Assembly (NCBI GenBank): GCA_963748015.1 | Contig: CAVVHE010000004.1 | Span: 768,001 to 832,000, forward strand | DNA: 64,000 nucleotides | Source: Terriglobia bacterium | GTDB taxonomy: Bacteria > Acidobacteriota > Polarisedimenticolia > Polarisedimenticolales > JAIQFR01 | Direction: 5' to 3' | Notes under the pieces: generated by a model | Told to the model about the DNA's origin: nothing | The model's database searches: none | What the model saw: the letters and a program-made list of their open reading frames with translations, nothing else | Shown: one piece after another, positions 55,273 to 64,000 of the stretch | Position numbering within the stretch: position 1 is the stretch's first letter | Layout of the letters: each line of letters opens with the position of its first letter | Made by a program: the position numbers and the translations under genes

Positions 55273-55518
55273 TCAGCCCTCGGCCTCGAAGTGGAAGCGA
55301 AGACCCTTGAGAGCGGAGGCGTGGCGCTTGAGATTGAAGCGCCCCTGCTCGCAATCGAGGCAGCCCGCCGAGGTCTTGAACTTGGTGCGGATCGCGCACT
55401 CGGGGGAGGGGTACCAGATCTGGTAGCGCAGGCAGAAGAAATCGTCCGCCGGGCCCCGATGCAGGCACCGCATGCGGCTCGACGGCGAGAGCGGCTCTTC
55501 GTATTCGATTCCGGCCAT
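55273..55518 (-). CDS. Small Cys-rich hypothetical protein (81 aa)
   Basis: GGAAGG RBS; 5 Cys including CxxC; ends 7 nt before the HAD start. Confidence 0.65.
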   Translation of the reverse strand: MAGIEYEEPLSPSSRMRCLHRGPADDFFCLRYQIWYPSPECAIRTKFKTSAGCLDCEQGRFNLKRHASALKGLRFHFEAEG

Positions 55519-55570
55519 GCCCTTCCACCCGCACTGCGCCCGGCGACCGTATAGTCAAGAACAAGCCACC

Positions 55571-55620
55571 AGTATAGCATGCGGAACCGCTTCGGCCGGG
55601 ATACCGGGTGGTGCTATCGT
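55571..55620. promoter_or_regulatory. Divergent extended -10 promoters (HAD unit and asd operon)
   Basis: TGCTATACT on minus (55579-55571) and TGCTATCGT on plus (55612-55620). Confidence 0.5.
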
Positions 55621-55638
55621 CCGCGGCGAGGAGGGCTC

Positions 55639-56706
55639 GTGGGACCATTCAGGGTGGGCATTCTGGGGGCCACGGGACTGGTCGGACAGCGGCTGGTCGA
55701 ACGGCTGGCACCCCACCCCTGGTTCGACATCGGCGTGCTCGGCGCCTCGGATCGCTCGGCGGGGCGTCCTTACCGGGAGGCGGTGCGGTGGAGGCTCTCG
55801 GAGGACCCGCCGGCGGATGCGGGAAGCCTCACGGTGCGCCCCTGCGTGCCGGGGGAGTTCGAGGGGTGCGCCCTGGTGTTCTCGGGGCTCGACGCCGGCG
55901 CCGCGCGGGAGATCGAGCCGCGCTTCGTCGAGGCGGGCTTCGCGGTGGTCAGCAATAGCTCGGCGTTTCGCATGGAGCCCGACGTCCCCATCCTCGTCCC
56001 GGAAGTCAACGCCGCTCATCTGGCCGTCCTCGCCGCCCAGCGCAAGCGTACCGGGGGCGGCTACATCGTCACGAACCCCAACTGCTCGGTCACCGGCCTG
56101 GTCCTGGCTCTTGCCCCGCTCCACCGGGCGTTCGGCGTCCGCCGCGTCGTGGTCGCCACGTACCAGGCGCTCTCGGGAGCGGGTCTCGAAGGACCGCGCG
56201 GTCTCGACATCGTGGACAACGTGATTCCCTGGATCCCCGGCGAGGAGGAGAAGATCGAGCTCGAGACCCCGAAGATCCTGGGCTCGCGGGAGGGAGGCGT
56301 CATCGTTCCCGCGGAGGTGCGGGTCGCGGCCCACTGCCACCGGGTCGGAACCCTCGACGGCCACCTCGAGGCGGTCTCGGTGGAGCTCGGTGTGAAGGTG
56401 AAGCCGGAGGATGCGATTCGCGTGCTGCGCGATTTCGAGGGAGAGACCGCGGGTCTCGGCCTTCCGTCGGCACCCCGGCACGCCGTCGTGGTGCGCGACG
56501 AGGAAGACCGCCCGCAGCCGCGCCTCGACCGCGACGCGGGAGGGGGGATGACCGTGGTGGTCGGGCGGGTACGCGCCTGCCCGGTGCTGACGCTTCGATT
56601 CGAGCTCCTCTCCCACAACACGATCCGCGGAGCGGCCGGAGGTACCCTTCTGAATGCCGAGCTGCTCGCCGCGCGCGGCGAGCTCGACCGGGAGATCCGG
56701 CCGTGA
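55639..56706 (+). CDS. asd: Aspartate-semialdehyde dehydrogenase
   Basis: 'GILGATGLVGQ', 'NPNCS', 'YQALSGAG', 'HNTIRGAAG'; GTG start. Confidence 0.95.
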   Translation: MGPFRVGILGATGLVGQRLVERLAPHPWFDIGVLGASDRSAGRPYREAVRWRLSEDPPADAGSLTVRPCVPGEFEGCALVFSGLDAGAAREIEPRFVEAGFAVVSNSSAFRMEPDVPILVPEVNAAHLAVLAAQRKRTGGGYIVTNPNCSVTGLVLALAPLHRAFGVRRVVVATYQALSGAGLEGPRGLDIVDNVIPWIPGEEEKIELETPKILGSREGGVIVPAEVRVAAHCHRVGTLDGHLEAVSVELGVKVKPEDAIRVLRDFEGETAGLGLPSAPRHAVVVRDEEDRPQPRLDRDAGGGMTVVVGRVRACPVLTLRFELLSHNTIRGAAGGTLLNAELLAARGELDREIRP

Positions 56707-58079
56707 TCGTGATGAAGTTCGGCGGCACGTCGGTCGCCGACGCGGCGCGGATCCTCGGCGTGGCCGGGATCGTACGCGGCCACCTCGACCGGCAGCCCGT
56801 GGTGGTGGTCTCGGCCCTCGCGGGGGTGACCGATCTGCTCGTGCGCGCGGTGGACGCGGCGAGGCGGGGCGACCGCGAGGCGATCGAGCCGCTGCTCGCC
56901 GACCTGGAGCGCCGGCACCGGTGGGCGCTGGCCGGCTCGATCGAGGACCCGAGGCGGCGCCACGATCTCTCCCTCGAGGTGGACGCGCTCTTCGAGGAGC
57001 TCCGGCAGCTTCTGCGCTCGGTGCGGATCCTGGGGGAGGGGACGCCGCGGTCCTCGGACGCCCTCCTCTCCTTCGGCGAGATCCTGTCCGGTCGGCTGGT
57101 TGCGGGGGCGCTCGAGGACCGGGGACTGCGCGTTCGATGGGTGGATCCTCGGGAAGTGATGATCACGAGCGCGGCGCACGGCGCCGCGGAGCCGGACATC
57201 GAGGAGGTCGCGAGGCGCTGCGGGACGGCGATCGCGCCGCTCCTCGCGGAGGCATGGGTCGCGGTCACGGGGGGCTTCGTGGGCGCGACCCCGGACGGCA
57301 GGACGACCACTCTGGGCCGCGGGGGATCGGACACGTCCGCTTCCGTCATCGGCGCGGCGATGGGCGCACTCGAGATCCAGATCTGGACCGACGTGGACGG
57401 CCTGATGAGCGCCGACCCGAAGCTGGTCCCCGCGGCGAGGACGATCCCTCGAGTGACGTTCGCCGAGGCGGCGGAGCTCGCGTACTACGGCGCCAAGGTC
57501 CTGCACCCGGCCTCGATCGCGCCGGCGGTCCGGCGGGCGATTCCGGTCCGCGTTCTCAACTCCCTCTCGCCCGGTGGCGCGGGAACCCTGATCCTCGCCG
57601 AGGGGGACCCCGCGGCCCTTCCGATCGTGTCCGTGGCGAGCCGGGGCGGAGTCCAGCGCGTGCGCGTCACGTCGCGGAGGATGCGCCTCGACCCGGGATT
57701 CCTGCCCGCAGTCCTCGCGGCTTTCGACCGCGAGGGAATCGCGCCGGAGCTCGTGGTCTCCTCCGAGGTGGCCGTCAGCCTGGCCCTCCCCTCCGACGCC
57801 CGTCTCGACGGAGTTCGCCTTGCGCTCTCGGGCGTCGCGGAGATCGAGGCGGCGCCCGGGCGCGCCCTCCTCTGCGTCGTGGGCTCGGGTCTCGGGCGGG
57901 ACGACGGGACCCGCGGATCGGTCCTGGCCGCCCTGGGCGAGGTGGACCCGGAGCTCGTGTCGCTCGGGGGATCGGGGACGAGCGTCACCGCCGTCGTGCC
58001 GGGAGAGCGTCTCGCGGACGCGGTTCGCGCGCTCCACCGGCGGTTCTTCGAGACGGGGCGCGAGGAGGTGAGGTCGTGA
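56703..58079 (+). CDS. lysC: Aspartate kinase
   Basis: 'MKFGGTSV', 'VVSA..GVTD', 'TTLGRGGSD', 'WTDVDG', 'GAKVLHP', ACT-like C-terminus. Confidence 0.95.
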   Translation: MIVMKFGGTSVADAARILGVAGIVRGHLDRQPVVVVSALAGVTDLLVRAVDAARRGDREAIEPLLADLERRHRWALAGSIEDPRRRHDLSLEVDALFEELRQLLRSVRILGEGTPRSSDALLSFGEILSGRLVAGALEDRGLRVRWVDPREVMITSAAHGAAEPDIEEVARRCGTAIAPLLAEAWVAVTGGFVGATPDGRTTTLGRGGSDTSASVIGAAMGALEIQIWTDVDGLMSADPKLVPAARTIPRVTFAEAAELAYYGAKVLHPASIAPAVRRAIPVRVLNSLSPGGAGTLILAEGDPAALPIVSVASRGGVQRVRVTSRRMRLDPGFLPAVLAAFDREGIAPELVVSSEVAVSLALPSDARLDGVRLALSGVAEIEAAPGRALLCVVGSGLGRDDGTRGSVLAALGEVDPELVSLGGSGTSVTAVVPGERLADAVRALHRRFFETGREEVRS

Positions 58080-58843
58080 AGGTCGCGATCGTGGGCTACG
58101 GGAAGATGGGGCGGGAGGTCGAGGCCGCGGCGGTCCGGCGAGGGCACTCGGTCGTGGCTCGGGTCGACCCCGGGGGGGGCGCGGACGGCGTGGCGCGGCG
58201 GATCACGCGCGCTTCGCTGCGCGGGGCGACGGTGGCGTTCGAGTTCACCGCTCCCGGATCGGCGGAGGCGAACGTGATCGCCCTGCTCGGGGCCGGGGTC
58301 GCGGTGGTGTGCGGAACGACCGGGTGGGACCCGTCGAGCCGCGCGGTCGCCCTCGCGGCCAGACGGGCGGGGAAGGGTGCGGTCATCGCGCCGAACTTCT
58401 CGCCCGGCATGGCGCTGTTCGCCGAGGTCGTTCGCGAGGCGGCTGGCCGGTTCCTCGGCACGGGCGGCTACGATCCGTTCGTGGTCGAGTCGCACCACCG
58501 CGCGAAGAAGGACGCGCCGAGCGGAACGGCACTGAAGCTCGCCGGGATCGTGGCGTCGTGCGCTCCCGCGCGAGCGGAGGTGGTCGCCGGAATGCCGTCC
58601 GGAGCGGTGGTCCGGCCCGGCGCGGTGCACGTGGCGAGCGTGCGAGCCGGCCACGAGCCGGGAACGCACACCGTCGGGTTCGACGGTGCGCACGATGCCG
58701 TCACGCTCGTCCACCGAGCGCGCGACCGGGCGGGGCTGGCCCTGGGCGCGGTGCTCGCGGCGGAATGGGTCGCGCGGCGGCGGGGGATCCACGGATTCGA
58801 CGAGGTCGTCGCGGACTGGGTCCGCGCGGGAGGCGGAAAGTGA
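58076..58843 (+). CDS. dapB: 4-hydroxy-tetrahydrodipicolinate reductase
   Basis: 'GYGKMG', 'GTTG', 'PNFS', 'ESHHRAKKDAPSGTA'. Confidence 0.95.
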   Translation: MKVAIVGYGKMGREVEAAAVRRGHSVVARVDPGGGADGVARRITRASLRGATVAFEFTAPGSAEANVIALLGAGVAVVCGTTGWDPSSRAVALAARRAGKGAVIAPNFSPGMALFAEVVREAAGRFLGTGGYDPFVVESHHRAKKDAPSGTALKLAGIVASCAPARAEVVAGMPSGAVVRPGAVHVASVRAGHEPGTHTVGFDGAHDAVTLVHRARDRAGLALGAVLAAEWVARRRGIHGFDEVVADWVRAGGGK

Positions 58844-59751
58844 CGGCGCAGCGATCTCCCCTCGCGCTTCGCGGCGCGCTCACCGCGATCGTCACGCCTT
58901 TCCGGGAGGACGGGAGCGTCGATCTCCCCGCGTTCAAGGCCCTGGTGAGCTGGCAGGTGGAATGCGGGATCCACGGGCTCGTCCCCTGCGGGACGACGGG
59001 GGAGGGCGCGACGCTCCTCCCCGAGGAGCAGGAATCCGTGGTGGCGGCGGCCGTCGAGGCCGCAGCGGGGCGCGTCCCGATCGTGGCGGGGTGCGGCACC
59101 AACGACACGAGCCGGACCGTGGACCTGGCGCGTCGGGCCGTCGCCGCGGGAGCGGACGCGCTGCTGGTCGTCACCCCGTACTACAACAAGCCGAACCGGA
59201 GCGGAATGCTGGCCCACTTCAGGACGGTGTGCGATGCCGCGGACCGCCCGGTCGTGGTCTACAACGTGCCGGGACGAACCGGCCAGAACCTCGGCGCCGA
59301 CCTCATCCTCGAGCTCGCCCGGATCCCGGGAGTCGCGGGAGTGAAGGAAGCGTCGGGAAACCTGGAGCAGCAGGCGTCCATTCTCGCGGGCCGGCCCGAC
59401 GGCTTCGCGGTGCTCTCGGGAGACGACGGCCTGGCGCTCCCCGCGATGGCCCTGGGGGCGGACGGCCTGATCTCGGTGGTCTCGAACGAAGCTCCCGCGG
59501 AGACCGCGGAGATGATCGGCGCCGCGCTCGCGGGGGATTTCGCGCGCGCGCGCTCCCTGCACTTCCGGCTCCTGCCCCTGATGCGCGCGAATTTCGTCGA
59601 GACGAGCCCGGTGCCGGTCAAGACCGCGATGGCCCTTCTCGGGCGATGCGCCGGATCGGTGCGCGCGCCGCTGGGACCGCCCGACGCCGCAACGCGAGAG
59701 GCCGTTCGCGCCGCGCTGGTGCTGGCCTCCCTGCTGGAGCCGTCACGGTGA
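58840..59751 (+). CDS. dapA: 4-hydroxy-tetrahydrodipicolinate synthase
   Basis: 'TPF', 'GTTGE', 'PYYNKP', 'YNVPGRT', 'GVKEASG', 'LSGDD'. Confidence 0.96.
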   Translation: MTAQRSPLALRGALTAIVTPFREDGSVDLPAFKALVSWQVECGIHGLVPCGTTGEGATLLPEEQESVVAAAVEAAAGRVPIVAGCGTNDTSRTVDLARRAVAAGADALLVVTPYYNKPNRSGMLAHFRTVCDAADRPVVVYNVPGRTGQNLGADLILELARIPGVAGVKEASGNLEQQASILAGRPDGFAVLSGDDGLALPAMALGADGLISVVSNEAPAETAEMIGAALAGDFARARSLHFRLLPLMRANFVETSPVPVKTAMALLGRCAGSVRAPLGPPDAATREAVRAALVLASLLEPSR

Positions 59752-60584
59752 GCCCGGAAGAGCTCCGCCGGGAGGTGGAACGGATCGTGGCCGCGGCCGA
59801 CCCCCCGGGCGACGAGGTCCGAGGGGTCGTGGCCGCGCTCCTGGCTGCCCTCGAGGAGGGAAAGGTGCGGGCGGCGGAGCCCGAGGGATCCTCGTGGCGG
59901 GTGAACGCCTGGGTGAAGCAGGGCATCGTGCTCGCGTTTCGGACCGGGACCAACGCCGAGGTGGCCGACGGGGCCGTGTTCCGCTTTCGCGACAGAAAGA
60001 CGCTCCTGCCGGATGGATCGCCGCCCCCCCCCGGCGTCCGGATCGTGCCCGGCGGGACGGTCGTTCGCCGGGGTGCGCACCTGGCCGGCGGGGTCGTGGT
60101 CATGCCCCCCGCGTACGTCAACGTCGGCGCGTGGGTGGGCGAGCGATCGATGATCGACAGCCACGCGCTCGTCGGGTCTTGCGCCCAGGTGGGACGCGAC
60201 GTGCACGTCTCCGCCGCGGCCCAGATCGGGGGGGTCCTCGAGCCCGTCGGCTCCCTCCCGGTGATCGTCGAGGACGGTGCGTTCGTGGGGGGGGGCTGCG
60301 GGATCTACGAGGGCGCGCGCGTCGGCGCTCGCGCGGTGCTCGCGGCCGGCGTCATTCTCGCGAGGTCCGTCCCGCTTTTCGACCTCGTCCGGCGAAGGGT
60401 GATCCGGGCGGCCCCCGGCGGGCCGCTCGAGGTTCCGGAGGGAGCCGTCGTCGTTCCCGGTTCGCGGCCGGCGGCGGGGGACTACGCGGCGAGCCTGGGC
60501 CTCCACCTCCAGGCGCCGGTCATCGTCAAGTACCGGGACGGCGCGACGGACGCCGCTTCAGCTCTCGAGGAGGCCCTTCGATGA
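59748..60584 (+). CDS. dapD: Tetrahydrodipicolinate N-succinyltransferase
   Basis: 'W.VN.WVK', 'YVNVGA', 'VGSCAQ', 'IGGVLEP'. Confidence 0.93.
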   Translation: MSPEELRREVERIVAAADPPGDEVRGVVAALLAALEEGKVRAAEPEGSSWRVNAWVKQGIVLAFRTGTNAEVADGAVFRFRDRKTLLPDGSPPPPGVRIVPGGTVVRRGAHLAGGVVVMPPAYVNVGAWVGERSMIDSHALVGSCAQVGRDVHVSAAAQIGGVLEPVGSLPVIVEDGAFVGGGCGIYEGARVGARAVLAAGVILARSVPLFDLVRRRVIRAAPGGPLEVPEGAVVVPGSRPAAGDYAASLGLHLQAPVIVKYRDGATDAASALEEALR

Positions 60585-61717
60585 AGCTACGGGCGGCGCG
60601 CCGCATGGACGGCATCGATCGCACGCTCATCCGGCAGATCTTCGACTCCGCACCGGCCGGCGCCATCAACCTCGGCCTGGGCCAGCCGGACCTCCCGACG
60701 CCGCCGCGGATCTCTCTCGCGGGCGCCGCGGGCATCGCCGCCGGGCGGACCGCATACACCTCCACGGGCGGGGACCCCGCGCTTCGCGCCGCGATCGCGC
60801 GCCGCTACGCGCCGTTCGCGACCGGCGGCGAGAACGTCGTGGTCACCGTGGGCTCGCAGGAGGCGGTGTTCGCATCGATCCTCACGTTGTGCGACCCCGG
60901 CGACGAGGTCCTCTACCCGGATCCGGGCTATCCGGCCTACTGCGTGGCGGCCCGTCTCCTCGGGGCCGTGCCGGTCGCGTACCCGTTGAGGGCGGCGCGA
61001 GGGTTCCGGCTCGATCCCGAGGACATCGAGGCGAGGCTCACCGACCGAACGCGTCTCGTCATCGTCTGTTCGCCCTCGAACCCCACCGGCGCGGTCGAGC
61101 GGGCCGAGGACCTCGCGCGGCTCGCCGAGCTGCTCGAGCGCAGGGGAGTCGCCTGGCTTTCCGACGAGATCTACGCCGGCTTCGCGTACGACGGGCCGGT
61201 GGCCTCGCTGTCGTCGTTCTCAAGGGAAGGCGGCCTCGTCGTCTCCGGGCTGTCGAAGGATCTCAGCATGACGGGGTGGCGCATCGGCTGGGCGGTGGGA
61301 GACGCCGCCAGCATCGCGCGCATCGTGGTCGCCCACCAGTACCTCGTGACGTGCGCCTCGAGCGTCTCGCAGTGCGCGGCGCTCGCCGCCCTCTCGGGCG
61401 ACGCCGAGGCCGAGCGCGCGGCCTACCTCGAGATCTTCCGGCGGCGGCGGGCGCTCATGGCGGAGGAGCTGTCGAGAATCCCGCGGATCCGTTTCGAGCT
61501 CCCGCAGGGGGCGTTCTACTTCTTCGTGGATTTCTCGGCCTACGGGTCGAGCCTCGAGCTCTGCCGGCGGGTTCTCGAGCGTCGCAAGGTCATCACGATT
61601 CCAGGCGAGGCCTTCGGGTCCGAGGGCGCGGGATACGTTCGCATCTCTTTCGCGGCGACGGAGGAGCAGATCGCGCTCGGCATCCGCGCCCTCGCGGAGG
61701 AGATCGGCGGGAGCTGA
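60581..61717 (+). CDS. PLP-dependent class I/II aminotransferase (probable DapC role by context)
   Basis: 'PSNPTG', 'SDEIY', 'SKDLSMTGWRIG', 'GAFY'; ATGA-coupled to dapD. Confidence 0.88.
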   Translation: MKLRAARRMDGIDRTLIRQIFDSAPAGAINLGLGQPDLPTPPRISLAGAAGIAAGRTAYTSTGGDPALRAAIARRYAPFATGGENVVVTVGSQEAVFASILTLCDPGDEVLYPDPGYPAYCVAARLLGAVPVAYPLRAARGFRLDPEDIEARLTDRTRLVIVCSPSNPTGAVERAEDLARLAELLERRGVAWLSDEIYAGFAYDGPVASLSSFSREGGLVVSGLSKDLSMTGWRIGWAVGDAASIARIVVAHQYLVTCASSVSQCAALAALSGDAEAERAAYLEIFRRRRALMAEELSRIPRIRFELPQGAFYFFVDFSAYGSSLELCRRVLERRKVITIPGEAFGSEGAGYVRISFAATEEQIALGIRALAEEIGGS

Positions 61718-61748
61718 GGCGCTCGCGCGAGTCCTGCCGCCGGGCTCG

Positions 61749-62633
61749 TCAGCGGGGCGCGGGGCTGGCGGAGTCGAGGGCCCTCTGGCTCTCGAGCGCC
61801 TTCTCGAGGGCCGCCGTGGCGGCCTCGACCGCCTTCGCGGTGGCCGGATCGTCGTCGGCGTGCGCGCGGCCGTAGTCGTAGAGGGACGACAGATCGTCCA
61901 CCCACGCGACCGGCAGCAGCGCGCGGATCGCGGCGAGCCGGATCTCCTTGGAGTCGGAGCGGATCGCGCTCTTCAGGATGGTCCGGCCGGGCTCGCCGAG
62001 GCGGCTCAGGGAGACGGCGGCTCGCTCCCTCGTCCCCGCGTTCCCCTCGTGGAGTATGCGCTCGAGGAAGAATCGCGCTCGCCCGTCGCCCATCGAGCCG
62101 AGGGCGTCCACGGCCGCCGGCAGGACCTCGGGGTCCTCGATCGCCGCGTCGATGATCGTGAGGACGGGGCTCTGCATGCGGAACCTCGAGATCTCCGGAA
62201 TCGCGAGGAGGCGCGCCTCGCGCGTGCCGAACCAGATCGCGTCGTCGAGGGCAGGCAGGTAGGCGGAAGGCATGCCTCCGGTCAGGCGGCGGAAGGCGAG
62301 GATCAGGGTGTCGACCGCGTCCGCCTTGTCGGCGGGCTCGGCCTCGCGGATCGCCTTCCAGATCGCTTCCATTCCCTGGTCGGCGAAGTTGACGAGCTCC
62401 TGCTTGGCCTTGGCTCGCACCCCGGGATCGCCCGGTCCCGGGGGCCAGGCGAGAGCCGCCAACGCCTCGGCCTGCGCCGGAATGGTGTCGGCCTTGGCCA
62501 TCGCCGCGAAAACCACGCTGTTGGGGTCGGGAGCTTCCTTCGCCGGGCGCGGGGCGGCGCCGAGGAGGAGGATCGAGGAGGCGGCGAGCAGGAGGGCGAG
62601 TGGTCTCGACAAGAGCGGATCTCCTCGGGGCAC
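61749..62633 (-). CDS. Exported HEAT-repeat protein
   Basis: Signal-like N-terminus; repeats 'AAVDALG', 'RERAAVSL', 'RLAAIRAL'. Confidence 0.75.
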   Translation of the reverse strand: MPRGDPLLSRPLALLLAASSILLLGAAPRPAKEAPDPNSVVFAAMAKADTIPAQAEALAALAWPPGPGDPGVRAKAKQELVNFADQGMEAIWKAIREAEPADKADAVDTLILAFRRLTGGMPSAYLPALDDAIWFGTREARLLAIPEISRFRMQSPVLTIIDAAIEDPEVLPAAVDALGSMGDGRARFFLERILHEGNAGTRERAAVSLSRLGEPGRTILKSAIRSDSKEIRLAAIRALLPVAWVDDLSSLYDYGRAHADDDPATAKAVEAATAALEKALESQRALDSASPAPR

Positions 62634-62703
62634 GAGGCCCGGAACGCGACCGCAAGTATACCGTCGCCCCGCGGCACCGGCCAGAAACGGCGGCCGGCGG
62701 CGG

Positions 62704-63810
62704 CTACTCCCCGCGCAGGCCGCCGGGATGCTCCGCCGGGGGAGGCGCGGCCGGGGGAAGCACCTTCGACGCGAGGCGCAGGAACGCCTCGGCCTGCGGC
62801 GATTCCGGGGACGCGGCGACGATCGGGGTTCCCCGGTCGCCGGCGTCTCGAACGGCCGCGTCGAGGGGAATCTCGCCGAGGAACGGGACGCCCAGGCGCT
62901 CGGCCTCGGCGCGGCCGCCGCCGTGGCCGAAGACGTCGGTCCGCGTGCCGCAGTGGGGGCAGGCGAAGTAGCTCATGTTCTCGACGATCCCGAGTATCGG
63001 GACCCCGACCTTGCGGAACATGGCCACGCCCTTGATCGCGTCCGCGAGCGCCACGTCCTGGGGGGTCGTCACGATGACCGCGCCGGTGAGGTTCGCCTTC
63101 TGGGAGAGCGTGAGCTGAGCGTCGCCCGTTCCGGGAGGCATGTCCACCACGAGGACGTCGAGCGTCCCCCAGGCGACGTCTCGCAGCAGCTGTTCCACGG
63201 CCTTCATCACCATCGGGCCCCGCCAGATGACGGCCTCGTCGGCGCCGAGGAAGAAGCCGAGGGACATGATGCGCACTCCATGTCGCTCGAAGGGTACGAT
63301 GCGTGTGCGGGCCTCGTCGAACGACGGGACCTCCTTGATTCCCATCATCATCGGGATCGACGGGCCATAGACGTCGGCGTCCATCAACCCGACCGCCGCG
63401 CCGCCGCGCGCGAGGGCCACCGCGAGATTTACGGCCACCGTGGACTTTCCGACGCCCCCCTTCCCGGAGGCCACCGCGATGACGCTCGCCACACCCGGAA
63501 GCACGGGGGGAACTTCGGGCGCCGGGCGAGTGTCGTGCGCCGCCCTTCCCCCGCCGCGTTCCGCGGGGGCCTGGGCGAGCGAGGCCTCGACGCTCGTGCA
63601 GCCGGGCAGCTCCAGCACGGCGGCGCGGGCTTCCTCCAGGATTCGAGCCGCCGTTTCCGCCGGCGCCCCGCGGGGCTCGAGGCGGAAGCTCACGCGCCCT
63701 TGGGCGACCGAGACGTCGCGGACGATGCCGAAGGAGACGATGTCCCGCGTGTAGGGCGGGTACTTCACGCGGCGAAGCGCCGCGAGAACGGCTTCCTCCG
63801 AGAGGCTCAT
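62704..63810 (-). CDS. apbC: Mrp/ApbC (NBP35) Fe-S cluster carrier ATPase
   Basis: N-terminal FeS-assembly domain, 'SGKGGVGKST', 'DADVYGPS', 'WRGPM', 'DMPPGTGD', 'ENMS..CPHC'. Confidence 0.95.
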   Translation of the reverse strand: MSLSEEAVLAALRRVKYPPYTRDIVSFGIVRDVSVAQGRVSFRLEPRGAPAETAARILEEARAAVLELPGCTSVEASLAQAPAERGGGRAAHDTRPAPEVPPVLPGVASVIAVASGKGGVGKSTVAVNLAVALARGGAAVGLMDADVYGPSIPMMMGIKEVPSFDEARTRIVPFERHGVRIMSLGFFLGADEAVIWRGPMVMKAVEQLLRDVAWGTLDVLVVDMPPGTGDAQLTLSQKANLTGAVIVTTPQDVALADAIKGVAMFRKVGVPILGIVENMSYFACPHCGTRTDVFGHGGGRAEAERLGVPFLGEIPLDAAVRDAGDRGTPIVAASPESPQAEAFLRLASKVLPPAAPPPAEHPGGLRGE

Positions 63811-63858
63811 GCGACTCCTCGACGCCGAGTCGGGGGGTTCGCCTCGGCGGGACCTTCG

Positions 63859-63867
63859 AATATAGCA
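63859..63867 (-). promoter_or_regulatory. Extended -10 element for mrp/apbC
   Basis: TGCTATATT on the minus strand, about 50 nt upstream of the ATG. Confidence 0.5.
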
Positions 63868-64000
63868 TTCCGCCAACGCCGGGGCCGCAGCCGGCGAGTC
63901 CCCTTGCGTCGCGTCCGGAGTCGCGATCGGTACTAGTGTCTCGTACCCGAAGTCGCGTTACATTCGGCCGCCGCTGCATCCCGGCCTGCTTCGTCGCTCC

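Noticed and set aside
1..64000. CRISPR arrays, tRNA/rRNA genes, integrase/transposase, or island boundaries around the T6SS
   Set aside because: No regularly spaced repeats, RNA gene signatures or mobility genes were seen, and composition looks uniform by eye

Overview
High-GC (roughly 70% by eye) bacterial chromosomal window, tentatively from an Acidobacteriota- or Myxococcota-like organism; this is inferred from gene content and style and is not verified. Its centre (about 19.2-53.0 kb) is a large type VI secretion system (T6SS) locus with V. cholerae/H2-like (i1-like) sheath and Hcp. The order is tssK-L-M, tagF, tssA-B-C, hcp, tssE-F-G, clpV, vgrG, a LysM/transthyretin-like/PG-binding protein, a putative zinc-metalloprotease effector, two paralogous putative immunity proteins, PAAR, a SAM methyltransferase and a three-repeat hypothetical protein. 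A convergent two-gene unit then encodes a second, single-chain TssB-TssC sheath fusion and an unknown protein. No tssJ, FHA domain or pppA is recognisable. Upstream (12.7-22.0 kb) there is instead what looks like a rewired phosphorylation/assembly module: a 1311-aa membrane Ser/Thr kinase whose extracytoplasmic domain resembles a domain in a neighbouring exported protein, a Pal/OmpA lipoprotein, a Cys-rich pseudokinase, and an FHA-less TagH-like protein coupled to it. The left flank holds MarC, mntP, an orphan histidine kinase, acyl-CoA dehydrogenase, DedA, a KimA-like APC permease, a SpoIIE-type phosphatase, a chalcone-isomerase-like protein and tricorn protease. The right flank holds STAS, PDZ and HAD proteins, an asd-lysC-dapB-dapA-dapD-aminotransferase operon, a HEAT-repeat protein and Mrp/ApbC. 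No rRNA, tRNA, CRISPR array or transposase was seen. All calls come from reading motifs by eye; no database searches were run.
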